From Octopus sinensis (taxonomy: Eukaryota), in contig NC_043010.1 of the NCBI RefSeq assembly GCF_006345805.1, forward strand, positions 34,224,001 through 34,288,000: a DNA stretch of 64,000 nt, in the 5' to 3' direction. This document shows positions 1-11,490 of this stretch, in pieces (the first letter of the stretch is position 1; the number at the start of each line of letters is the position of its first letter). The notes under the pieces are model-generated. The model had not been told where the DNA came from, did no database searches, and saw only the letters and a list, made by a program, of their open reading frames with translations. The position numbers and the translations under genes were made by a program.

Positions 1-450
1 GCCACCAGTACATGTGCCAGTAAAGCAACACTGGCAACAATCATGCTTTAATGTTGCTTTTTACTTGTCACCTGTAAGGGAGCCAATCTGTGGCCCTGGC
101 AACGATCACACTTGGATGTGCTTTTAATGTTCCACTTGCATGAGTGCCAATCAGGCGGTACTGTCATTGGCCACGTCAGCAATTTTGATTTTTTTACACT
201 TGTCTCAATAGGTCTTTGCAAGCAAAGTTCATTGTCCAATGAATGAGGGGTACTCATAAGTGGGCCGGTTACATCCCACATTCGGATGTGCTTTTAATGC
301 TCCACTGGCACAAGTGCCAATCAGTCGGTACTATCATCAGCCACATCAGCAATTTTGATTTTGATTTCACTTGCCTCAATAGGTCTTCACAAGCAAGGTT
401 TATGAACCAATGAAAGAGGGGTATTCATAAATGGGCTGGTTACACCCATA
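1..450 (-). mobile_element. RTE-clade LINE 3' UTR fragment with two ~170-bp tandem units
   Basis: Units start at 114 and 284 (ggatgtgcttttaatg). The reverse complement (cttgtgaagacctattgaggcaagtgaaatcaaaatc) matches the RTE 3' UTR at ~45070-45110. Confidence 0.7.
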
Positions 451-480
451 TCTATATATCTATATTTTTCTATATCTATA

Positions 481-520
<40 letters not shown>

Positions 521-601
521 GGTCCCGGGTTGAGTCGGGGTTAACCACAGTTAATAAGGTACTCAATACATAGCAGACTAAATTAATTTATTTTATAGAA
601 G

Positions 602-654
602 GAGCTTCTACAGGACTAGAACTGTTTCATTCAAATGAAATCTTCAGGAAGCTC
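602..654 (-). ncRNA. Minimal type I hammerhead ribozyme motif (minus-strand arm of the palindrome)
   Basis: Exact reverse complement of 661-713. Confidence 0.7.
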
Positions 655-660
655 ATGAAA

Positions 661-713
661 GAGCTTCCTGAAGATTTCATTTGAATGAAACAGTTCTAGT
701 CCTGTAGAAGCTC
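661..713 (+). ncRNA. Minimal type I hammerhead ribozyme motif
   Basis: Stem I GAGCTTC(661-667)/GAAGCTC(707-713); core CTGAAGA 668-674; stem II TTC-attt-GAA closed by a T/T mismatch; GAAA 687-690; stem III ACAG/CTGT; GTA cleavage triplet 704-706. Confidence 0.7.
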
Positions 714-735
714 CTTCTATAAAATAAATATATAT

Positions 736-774
<39 letters not shown>

Positions 775-1154
775 GGATATATATATGGTACCCCACCATG
801 CCTGCACTGAAATATGTTGAAGATAGATAGATAGATAGATAGATATACAGACAGATAGATGCAGGACATCATAGAAAGAATGGAGAATTATATATATTTT
901 CAAAACTTTTTTTATCGCAGTACTATTCACATTACATTCATGTTAGATTTCAATCTCAACACGTGTTTCTTTTGCATAAGTGTCCTAATGTACTTTGATG
1001 TAGGATTTATGTGCATTCAGTTGGTTCAGTTGTAGTATATATTCACCCATTGTAGACGCATCTATGCAGCTTTATTCAAGGTTTTGACTATGCGGGTGGT
1101 TGTATACATGCATTATATATATGTGTGTGTGTGTGTGTGTGTAAGTATATATAT

Positions 1155-1442
1155 CATCCGAAGGTGGCCGATGCCATCACCACCTTGGCTGGCTTCTGTG
1201 TTGGTGGCATGTAAAAAGCACCAACCAATCGTGGCTGTTGTCAGCCTCCTCTGTGCCGGTGGCATGTAAAAAGCACCCACAACACTCACGAAGTGGTTGG
1301 CGTTAGGAAGGGCTTCCAGCTGTAGAAACACTGCCAGATCAGCCTGGTGCAGCCTTCTGGCTTCCCAGACCCTAGTCAAACCGTCCAACCCATGCTAGCA
1401 TGGAAAACGGACGTTAAATGAGGATGATGATGATGATGATGA
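1155..1442 (+). mobile_element. RTE-type LINE/SINE 3' tail
   Basis: gtggttggcgttaggaaggg...ccagctgtagaaac...ggacgttaaatga followed by (GAT)n; the family recurs across the window. Confidence 0.8.
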
Positions 1443-2176
1443 TATATTTATATATACATATACACACATAGACACATATATACATACTGACACTCACATG
1501 GGTGTATTGTGTGTGAATATGTATGTATTTATAAGACATATATGTGTACACACATGCACATACACACACACACACAGATGGATGCATGTGTGAGGGGCAT
1601 TAGAAATAAACAAGGAGAGAAGTCGGCGAGGCAAAGAGTGAGACAGAGAGGAGAGAGAAAAATTAAATGTTTCCATAATGTGTAAAAGATGTCAGTTTTT
1701 CTACATCCTTCAGTATCCGCCAAAATACAGCTTTCATTCATTCAAGTAGTTAATGTCATCTGGTCTCCCCACCTCCCCTACTAGCTTCCGAGCAGTGACT
1801 AAATTATTTAGCTATTCTGATGATATAACACACACACACACACACATGGGTGCACGTGTATATATTAGTGACTTCTTCACTCCTGCATATTTCAAATACG
1901 TTACAGTCTACGTACGTGCTTATATTGGAATATCTATCTGTGAAAGTGTAATGGGCGTGTGCTTTCAGTCGTGTGTAGTCTAACTTTTTGACACGAAATC
2001 CCGGAGAGCCAAGCTGACATATGAAGCATTACAAAAATATATTTGTCTCCACAAAATTAACCGAATTAACAACAATTGAAAATTTCTTGATTCATGCATA
2101 CATACATATATACATACATATATACATGCATACATACACACATATACATGCATACACAGACACACACACACATGTA

Positions 2177-2212
<36 letters not shown>

Positions 2213-2338
2213 GATAGATAGATAGATAGATAGATAAAACTTACTTGGAAGAGGATGTGTGGCGTTCAATCATATAATGATATAAATAATATATATATGC
2301 ATGTATACATACATATATGTACATACTTACATCTTTAC

Positions 2339-2374
<36 letters not shown>

Positions 2375-2486
2375 TGATGTATGTACATATACATATGTAT
2401 ATATGCATATATATATATATATTATTTATTTTATATATATATACATGCATACCTATATACATACGTGCATACATACATACAAACAT

Positions 2487-2624
2487 GTTAGGAAGGGCAT
2501 CCAGCTGTAGAAACACTGCCAGATCTGACTGGCCTGGTGCAGCCTTCGGGCTCCCCAGACCCCAGTTGAACCGTCCAACCCATGCTAGCATGGAAAGCGG
2601 ACGTTAAATGATGATGATGATGAT

Positions 2625-2626
<2 letters not shown>
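2487..2626 (+). mobile_element. RTE-type 3' tail, young copy
   Basis: Identical by eye to 45665-45800; ends in (GAT)n inside a TA-rich microsatellite. Confidence 0.8.
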
Positions 2627-2716
<90 letters not shown>

Positions 2717-2724
2717 CATACATC

Positions 2725-2885
2725 AAAGTAAGCACATAAATGTGAAACAAGGTGGGGAAAAAATAGTACTCAAATACCAAAGGTAGAGTAATATGCTTTA
2801 TCATTATTTAAGCTACAAAAACATCACAAAAATATCGAAAACTGCTACTCAAAGTTTCACATTTCTGTTTGTTGGACAGTTTAAT
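2725..2885 (-). mobile_element. Penelope-like repeat tail with a fossil hammerhead (2840-2881)
   Basis: Minus strand reads aactgt-CCAACAA-aca gaaa tgt-GAAA-ctttgagTA-gcagtt, which pairs as stems I, II and III. Confidence 0.5.
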
Positions 2886-5800
2886 AATAATAAAGTATAT
2901 ATATAGTCCTGTCAATGGTCTCCTCTTTGTATATAAAAATATTTTATACACTCTTATATTTTAAAATATATATATATATATATATATATATAGTTGATCC
3001 CAGTAGGATTTCAACTCAGAGTGCAGAGAACTGGAACAAGCATAGCAAGCCAATCCAACAGATGCTCTAACGACTTTACCAAATTGGCTGTACAATGTAG
3101 TTCAATATAATCTGAAAAAGACACGATGAACATAGGTGGAAAGCCTTTCATTTCAGTTCAGTCACGGCTGACCTAGGGCTAAACAACAAAAGCAATAATG
3201 ATGACGTTGACGACAATAACAACAAAATTTTTGTGCCTGCTAATATGTGAGTCTCTACATAGTCGCTTGATCTACTAGAAATAGCTGTCAAATTTCTCAA
3301 ATCCTGCACAGTTAACTTTAAAACAAAGAACATATGGGGTAACGTAAAACTAGGTACTTAATGTCTGAAAAAATAGTGGACAAAATCATCACAGCTGGAG
3401 CACCTTCGATTATCGTTGCACTGGATCGGGACTGACCTGTGGCTAAACAACAGCAAAGTTCATACAAAGCTAGCATGTCAAGATACATGACTGATTTTCG
3501 AGCCAATGAAGGAGCCTTTACGTGTAGCTTGATTTTCTTGAAACAACAGCCATATCTCGCTCAAATCACATCCCACCGTCTTAAACCAGAAATAGGAAGA
3601 ATATGCATTCGAAAACGTAGTCATAAATACATAAAAAGATGGTATCGCTGTGGTTGGAACACCTTTTAATTATAGGACTGTTTGATTAGGATTGACAAAA
3701 CTAATTTGTCACTTTTGAAATTTGCATACCAGGAATATAAATGCAAAAAGAATTTCAATGATGTTTCATTTTATGACCCAGAAAGTGAAACTACTGACAT
3801 CGGTAGACATCGGCATAATAAAATAGAATGAAAGTAAAATAATTTTTAGTAGAATTCGGCTAAACACAGCAATGAAGTGAAGCTGGGGGGGAAAGTTTTT
3901 CTTTGAAATTGAAATTTTTATTTCGAAATAGGTCACGTGTATAAAAAATGGTTGACCTTATTGCAGGGCAAGCATCCATGATAATTGTAGATAAAATCAT
4001 TCACATCGATGAGCTGAGAGGAAAGAATAATGTTGTATGGGATTGTAGCAGATTTGAAACCGAATTGCAGTATAGATGAGTAGACATGATGGCTGAGACA
4101 GTCGTTTCAAGTGATTGGCTGATTAACCAACCAATCAGTGTTAAGCTATCGCATGATTCGACTCTCAAGAACTTTCTTATTCAGCCTAATATAAAGTTCT
4201 TTTTTTCTTTCAGTAACTCCAGAATATTGAAGCAGTCACTTGACATCTCCATTTTCATGACAGTTTAGAAGACACAGATTTTGTCATCATGAGTATTGTG
4301 TGATTATTTTCCAGTTGTGATAGGCCACCCACAGATTGCTATATACCAGTTAAATTGTCGTAGCTCCCAGCAGTATGTCTTTCCTGGTGTGTAACTGTCA
4401 TTGTTATTTTTCATCCAAATACCAACACAGAAAACTCTATGTGCAGTAAATGAAGCTTCTGTTAATTGTTCGCGGGTGCTGTTAATCATTTTTATACGCA
4501 GCCCTAGTAAGACATTTTCGTTTTTCACCAACATCAAGTAAACAAACGGTACCTCACAACAGGATATTTATACTAGTATGATGAATATTTGAAGTAAAGT
4601 GAAGTTAATTGCATTGTTGGGATTAATTCATAATTTAGCTGTATTCTGTAATGAACTAATACTTTTGGTGAACTGCTGCACATAGCCAGATGGAAAAAGT
4701 ATGCGGGCATTATCAAATTATTAGACAAGATTCTTTATTCCTTGGCTATCATATCTCATTGCTTTATCTTGGTGTGCATAAGTACTGATGAGCAATAGTT
4801 GGTTGCAAACGCTATGTTGTTAATTGAGCAGATCAATGTCGGTAGAGAAGCAATAGTTAACTTGTATACTTTAGGGATGTGTATGCTGAGAGGTGTATCA
4901 ACTATCTTGCACAAATTGGTTAAAACAGTGTGATCGTAGAGACAGATGAGTCAAAGCACATGCACTGCAAATACCATCGTGGTCATCGTGGTACTGTTAT
5001 GCTAAGTACCAAGAGAGGCACTTGGTACTTAGCATAACAGAACGCAACTGCCATTGCTGATCATTTGTTGCCAAATCCCCAATTATAACGTATTGTTGGA
5101 ATGCTTATCAACGGTTACCAAACCATGATACTGTAAATCACATCCTTTATTTTGTAAGCCCAAGAGATCGAGCTACTGACACAAATATGCTTGAAGGAAT
5201 AAGGAGCATTGTAAAAAATAAATATCGGGCTATGTATGGTACTTCACTCAATCTTTTCCATATGTACAAAGAACTCTGGATCCACTGCAATTTTTGATAA
5301 ACAAAATGTTTGTTTTTTCATACAGTAAAGACAAATACTGTCGTTACTATGAATGACAAATGTTGAGAGAGTTTGAAATTTATTGTTCTTGGTATGATTG
5401 TAATAGCAGTCAAAAAGCTAGCTGCTGGTGACTGTGCTGTTGTCACCAATCGTTCATTGAGGTTGTTGTCAACTTGGGTCAGTGTCTGTCCACTGTCGTC
5501 TGCCATCTTGTATCTGCAGCATCTCAAAGCTCTCTGTCATGTAGTTAAGGTGTGCTGAATTTATACTCATGGTTAGATTCAGAAAGAAGCGCGCCAAAAA
5601 ATGAAATTGTTGCTGGAGCCTATGCTAGATGATGTCGTGATTGGTCAGATTTTATTGATCACATGGGTGATTGTTGAATGTTCCCACTACATATAAATAT
5701 TTTCAGGAATTTACTGGTGACATTTGCACAAAGAAAGCGTTCTTACACAATTTCTTAAATGCCTTCAACAACATTATCCTATCTAATTCTTATATTTTAG

Positions 5801-6329
5801 TTTTATTATTAAAAAGATTAAAACAATTCAAAAGTATTTTTAGAAAAAAGTTTGGATTTTACAATGATTATTTTGTTGTATCAGGTTTGTTTCAATTTAG
5901 CTTTCATTTCAAAGAAAGTAATTCTTTCACTCGCATTTCACGGCCAAGTTCCAGGCAAATTATAATCTCACCTGGTTTCAATGATTACACTTTCTGAATT
6001 ATAAAATGAAATATCACAAGAATTTTTGAAACTTCATAATATATCATATCATATTACATACATACATAATATATGTATGTATGTGTGTGTGAGTGTGTGC
6101 GTGCATGTGTGTATTTATGGATTATATATATAAATATATTGATAGAGAGAGAGAGAGAGAAAGAGAAAGAGTCTGTAGTATCTTACATTACTGGAGATAA
6201 TCATGTTTTTGTTAGAGTCGAGTGTGAGCTAGTGAGAGAAAGTCTGAAAAGAGCAGTTGATCTGTAAATGTATGAATTTTCTCCACTTAAAATAAATAAT
6301 ATGAACGAACGAATGTGTTGAACAATATA

Positions 6330-7542
6330 CAGGGTGCATAAGGTATTTGAGGGCATATCTTTTTGGGGTCATTGTTGCATGTTTTGCTAACTCTATATAA
6401 TCTTTGTTTCAGAAAATAATAATGGCAGACCCTCAGCTTACTCAAGAAATGAAGAAACATGCTGTTACTGTGGTTATAAAGGCTGAGCATAGTTTTAAAA
6501 GTTGTCAGATCTTACGTGTACAAAGTTTGTAAGGAGCTAGAGACTGAAGATGGCAACGTATCACCAGTATCAAAGCATAAAAATGCTCTGAAATCATCAG
6601 AACAATTGAATTTATCCAGCAAGTTCAACAAACCATTGATTAAAATCCCAGAAAGTCTATGAGGTCAATTGCAAAAGATCTCAATGTGTCAGAAGGAACA
6701 GTCAGAAATGTTGTCCACGAAGAAGTCTTATATGATGAGGAAAGGTCAATTTGTTAGAAAAAGCAGAAGAAAATCACTACATCACATCTAAAAGGCTCCT
6801 AAACAAATTGAAAAATCTAGCAGAAACAGATTTGATTTAGTTTTTCTCAAGCGAGGAAAACTTCGACAAAGATCAAAAAGTTAACAGAAGAAATGACATA
6901 TGGTTGTATGCAGACCCTTCTGAAGTTCCAAGTGTTATGCATACAAAATTTCCTGCAACTGTCATGGTTTTAGGGGTTGTCAGCAATGAAGGACATGTGA
7001 TGCCTCCTTACTTCTTTCCACAAGGCCTTAGAGTTAAGTCTGCTGCCTACATTGAGGTCCTGGAAATAATTGTTAAGCCCTGGATAGACAGTGTATGCAA
7101 TGGAAGGCCATATGCGTTTCAGGAAGACTCTGCACTATCACAAATGGCTCTAATAACACAGGAATGGATGGCTGAAAATTTTCATGATCACATAACCCCT
7201 AACATTTGGCCTCCTAATTCCCCAGATCTGTTATTACATGTGGAACATTGTTGAGAGAGAGGTCAATGAACACACTCATAACACCAAAAATTCTTTGAAA
7301 GCTGCCATAGTCAGAGTAATGTCCAAAATGAACCAGGATAACTTGATTTGAGCATGTAAATGATTTAGATCTGATATAGAAGCAGTTGTTGAAGCTGAAG
7401 GGGGCTTTATTGAATAACATTATAAAAAAAGGTTTATTTTTATCCTCATAGTATTTTTTTATAAATAAAGTTATTAATTTGTTATTATATATGTTTTTTT
7501 TTTATAAACATGAATCTGTCTTCAAATATCTTATGCACCCTC
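6330..7542 (+). mobile_element. Tc1/mariner maT (DD37D-like) DNA transposon, decayed
   Basis: TIRs cagggtgcataaggtatttgag / cttcaaatatcttatgcaccct with TA flanks (6328-6329, 7543-7544); internal transposase remnant. Confidence 0.9.
6422..7417 (+). pseudogene. maT-type DDD transposase pseudogene
   Basis: HTKFPATVMVLGVVSNEGHVMPPYFF...FQEDSA...IWPPNSPDL (ORF 6904-7254); stops and frameshifts elsewhere. Confidence 0.85.
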
Positions 7543-7859
7543 TACTTTATCTTAACTAAAACTGTTTTCTCAATTTTAGATTTTCAAATATGTTCATATT
7601 ATTTTCTGAGACTCTTCTTTAGAGTTTTATTTTCTATTGACAAAAATTGCTTGAGAATTGCCATGGACAACAGCAAATATGTATTGATAACCTTTAGTAA
7701 ACTAAAGCTTCTCCCTCTCCAGTGGTCACAGTTACAGATATCATAAACATTATTCATGATACAACCCACAGATATGGCATGGCATCCTTTGCTGCTGAAT
7801 AACTCTAACAGATTCTAAAGGAAGTTTTACATCTCCAGGAAATAATTCTTCCGCAATAT

Positions 7860-8000
7860 CTAATTCAGAGCATGATTCCAGTCATTAATTGCAGATTTTT
7901 CTTTAAAAAATGACTTATCTGAGAAGCCAAAAGAAATTTGCGACAACAAAAGCAATAAATTTCATTGGTGCACTCTGAGTAAACAAGCCGCCTTCTCAGG
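7860..8000 (-). pseudogene. hAT transposase TTF-type zinc-finger remnant
   Basis: Minus strand translates RRRLVYSECTNEIYCFCCRKF, then NDWNHAL, resembling the ZMYM1/hAT TTF finger. Confidence 0.5.
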
Positions 8001-8334
8001 AGAATGTTCACTGTTGTTAATTTTTCTATACATCATTGCCACAGAAAAACTGTTTGTTTGTATACTTTGGAAAACTATACTGCCTTATTTATAAAAAGAG
8101 ACTTGTTCAAAAGGACGTGATCAGCTTGCGCTAAAAATAATTCATTCAGACTGTGTATGGAATCATGGTAGCTGACATATATTTTGAGAGAGAGAAAGAA
8201 AGAGAGCAAGTAGACAGCCTTTTGCAAATTCGAACCGAGAATGATTAAGTTTGAAAATCAAAATGGCATGTGAATAATATTTGGCAATGTTGACTAGAGA
8301 TAACTGCCTCTAGTGATTAATATTACCATACTTG

Positions 8335-8510
8335 GTAAAGTGGCAAGCTGGCAGAATCGTTAGTACACCGAGAACAAAATTGCTTACCAGTATTTTGTCT
8401 GTCTTTACATTCTGAGTTCAAATTCCACCAAGGTCGACTTTACCTTTGATCCTTTCGGAGTCGATAAAATAAGAACTTGCTGGCCTTGTCCCAAAATTTC
8501 AAACCAGTAT
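8335..8510 (+). mobile_element. tRNA-derived SINE family A (central block ggtcgactttgcctttcatcctttcggggtcgataaa)
   Basis: Head gctggcagaatcgttag...gagttcaaattcc and a central block shared with many copies in the window; superfamily not verified. Confidence 0.75.
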
Positions 8511-9145
8511 TACTATGTTTGGTAATGTGGACCAGGGTTAATTTTAAGTATATCCCTGAACTCTGTAATAATGTCTACTGACATTGTTTTACAGCCAATT
8601 ATTCTTGACATTAGTTTTTGATAAGCATTGATAAAAAAAAAAGTTTAATTTTCACACCTAAAGGTCTTATTGAACGTTCTAGAACTTTTCAGTGAGCTTA
8701 TTTTTATATATATGTGTGTGTGTGTGTGCATGCGTGTGTGTATTTGTATGTCTCTTTGTATGTATGTAATTATGTATGTATGTATGTAAAACAGCATTCG
8801 ACACTCTGTAGGGATTTTTCATATTACAGCCAAAAGTAATGTGTCTTTAGGCCCATGTCTAATGTCTCTTGCCTTTAACTCTCTCTCCCAGATTTTATTT
8901 TGTTTATTTGTGTTGTAACCGGAGACTATGTCCCACATTTATGTGAAATAGCTCGCACTTTGGGCAGTTTCCTTATTTCTTTATCTACACACATCACAAT
9001 CAGCAATACAACAACTCGTACATTATGCATATTAAAGTGCTGATATTAATGATAAATATTGTTGATGATAATTGTTTCTTCTCAATTGATTATTTAACAT
9101 GTTAATCATAACACAACTACAAGAGTTTTAAAATTTACTTTTTGA

Positions 9146-9411
9146 CCCATTGCCTGTCTTATGTGGTACAAAGGGCATGTTGTCTGTCCATGTGATACAT
9201 AGGGCATTTTACCCTAGCCCTGGCATCCATACGATACACATCATATATGATACACATTCCTAATGTTTTTCAACCACCAGAGTAACTTTTAACTTATGAA
9301 AGAAAAGCTTTACGTTACTCAGAACGCATTGAACAAAAGCTAACTAAAAGTCTTAGAACAAGCTCGGACATCTTAGACAAACTCATGAAAATCCTTTGGA
9401 CAGGTAAAGAG
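9146..9411. mobile_element. piggyBac-like MITE, degenerate
   Basis: Ends ttga|cccattgcctgtc ... gacaggtaaagag|ttaa (imperfect TIR, TTAA-like TSD). Confidence 0.45.
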
Positions 9412-9460
9412 TTAAAATTCTCAGAATTCCCTACTATGACATTATTACTGAAGTCTTCAA

Positions 9461-9680
9461 GGCAGTGAGCTGGCAGAATTGCTCGCACGCCGAGTGAAAA
9501 ATGCTTAGCAGTATTTCATCTTCCGCTACATTCTGAGTTCAAATTCTGCTGAGGTCAACTTTGCCTTTCATCCTTTCGGGGTCGATAAATTAAGTACCAG
9601 TGAAGTGCTGGAGTTGATGTAATCGACTACCCCCTTCCCACAAATTCCAGGCCCTGTGCTTGTAATAGAAAGAATTATTA
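9461..9680 (+). mobile_element. SINE family A, near full length
   Basis: tRNA-like head, central block and a 3' end gtaatagaaagaattattatt. Confidence 0.8.
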
Positions 9681-9899
9681 TTGAAGTCTTTAGCAATATC
9701 GCTAATGCAATCACACTGTGATGCTTTGGTCTGCGTGTAGTCTCTTCCTTTCAAAAGGCACAGTGTTTTTACAAACATAAAATGAAAATTTGGAGAAATA
9801 AATGTATTATAGCTAAAGAAGTTGCATCTGCATGGTTCTCATATTTACCATACATACTATTTTTTAATTTCAGTATAATTACCACAAAATAAAAACATT

Positions 9900-10385
9900 T
9901 ATTAAGAACACACACCCGAAGATTGAGAAACATGTACCCCACGTGGAGTTCCTCCAAAGGGTCTCTAGAGTAATGCTACTCAACAGGGTATGTAGCTCGG
10001 AGATCAAGCCACTTCTTCTTTGCATTGAGAAGTCACAGCTCTGCTATAGACAAGTGATCAGAGTGTCACAGGTAAAAATCACAAGATGGATTCTTCAAGC
10101 TGAGTCAACTGCCAAGAGACCTAAGGGTAGACCAAGAACGGAATGACTGGAAAATATTCGTAGTCTCAGTCGGTCATGCTTGGGAATACAGGCAGAAAGT
10201 CAAATGATTGGATTCTAGGGAGGAAGTAACTGAGGACTCTACCACAACAACCCTCCTAGGAATAGCGGAACTAGGAATAGTGGAGGAAGAAGAAGAAGAA
10301 GAAGGAGAAGGAGAAGAAGAAGAAGAAGAAGAAGGAGAAGGAGAAGAAGAAGAAGAAGAAGAAGAAGAAGAAGACGAAGAAGAAA
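9900..10385 (+). mobile_element. RTE/RTE-X LINE 3' end with (GAA)n tail (10283-10385)
   Basis: ORF 9943-10146 ends ...LQAESTAKRPKGRPRT, the RTE C-terminal 'KRPRGRP' motif, followed by a GAA repeat. Confidence 0.6.
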
Positions 10386-10427
10386 TTAATAACATATTCC
10401 TTGATAGGCCCAGACATAGCTATGTGG

Positions 10428-10541
10428 TAAAAAGCTTGCTTCTCGATGACATGGTTTTGGATAAGTGTCTTCTAATAGAGCCTTGGGCTGACCAAAGCCT
10501 TGTGAGTGGATTTGGTAGACAAAAACTGGAAGAAGCTCATC

Positions 10542-10582
<41 letters not shown>

Positions 10583-10822
10583 TACTACATGAGTGTGTGT
10601 TTTTTGTCTCTGTTTGTCCCCTACCACCACCTGACAACCAGTGTTGGTGTGTTTACGACCCCGTAACTTAGCTGTTCGGCCGATAGAATAAGTACCAGGC
10701 TTAGCAAGACATTTAAGTACTGAAGTCGATTCATTCAACCAAAAATTCTTCAAGGCAGTACCCCAGCATGGCCGCAGTCTAATGACTGGAACAAGTAATA
10801 GCTAAAAGATAAAAAGTAAAAG
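10428..10822 (+). mobile_element. SINE family B (CORE-like head, internal TA/TG microsatellite, conserved tail), unsplit copy
   Basis: Head ...gccttgtgagtggatttggtagac, (TA)n 10543-10577, tail ...cccgtaacttagc...cagcatggccgcagtc. Confidence 0.75.
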
Positions 10823-11124
10823 ATTTAAAATTAGATTTCAAACAATGTTTTACAGCTAAGGTTAGGTTTTAGAATTCAACATTTACAACCATTTGAGCAT
10901 AAAATACAAACTGCTGTATATTTTATTATATCTTAATTTGCAGAATTTTCACATTCTTCCCCTTTGTATTTGGAAGATCCTGTACACATGACCCAGAACT
11001 CTGTAGCACATAGTGCTCTGAAAGTTGCCTGAATTTCCGGTACTTTCAACGAGCCCTATGTATTATACACATACACACGCTCATACATACATATATACAT
11101 AATGTGACCACGTGTGTACCGTTG

Positions 11125-11300
11125 GCGATTTTTTTCCTGTCTTCCCTTCTCTGGATCTTTCCTTCTCCTATGCTTCCAACGAAGAGCTTCGCTCGAAACG
11201 TTAAACCCTCCTTCTTTCCTGAGCGTCCAATAATACAATATTTGTTCCACGTCCTCGCGTCGTTGTGTTTTTTTGTGCTTCCATGTTTGGATTAACTTTA
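11125..11300 (+). mobile_element. Short Penelope-like repeat with a degenerate hammerhead (11171-11207)
   Basis: CCAACGA-a-GAGC ttc GCTC-GAAA-CGTTA; related to 15965-16105. Confidence 0.55.
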
Positions 11301-11334
11301 CATACATACGTGCATGCATGCATACATACATACA

Positions 11335-11490
11335 TGAGTGGTTGGCGTTAGGAAGGACATCCAGCTGTAGAAACTTTGCCAGATCAGATTGGAGCCTGGT
11401 GTAGCCTTCTGGCTTGCCAGTCCTCAGTCAAACCATCCAACCCATGCCAGCAAGGAAAGCGGACGTTAAACGATGACAATGATGATGACA
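11335..11490 (+). mobile_element. RTE-type 3' tail
   Basis: Same tail family as 1155-1442. Confidence 0.75.

Larger units (their letters stand above)
518..729. mobile_element. Penelope-like pseudo-LTR remnant with a perfect 69-bp inverted repeat (586-654 / 661-729)
   Basis: The arms are exact reverse complements around the 6-nt loop atgaaa. The same motif recurs at 58242-58300. A hammerhead plus an AATAAA-like tail is typical of PLE pLTRs. Confidence 0.65.

Noticed and set aside
10208-10666. 152-aa poly-Glu ORF
   Set aside because: It reads through a (GAA)n LINE tail and a SINE.
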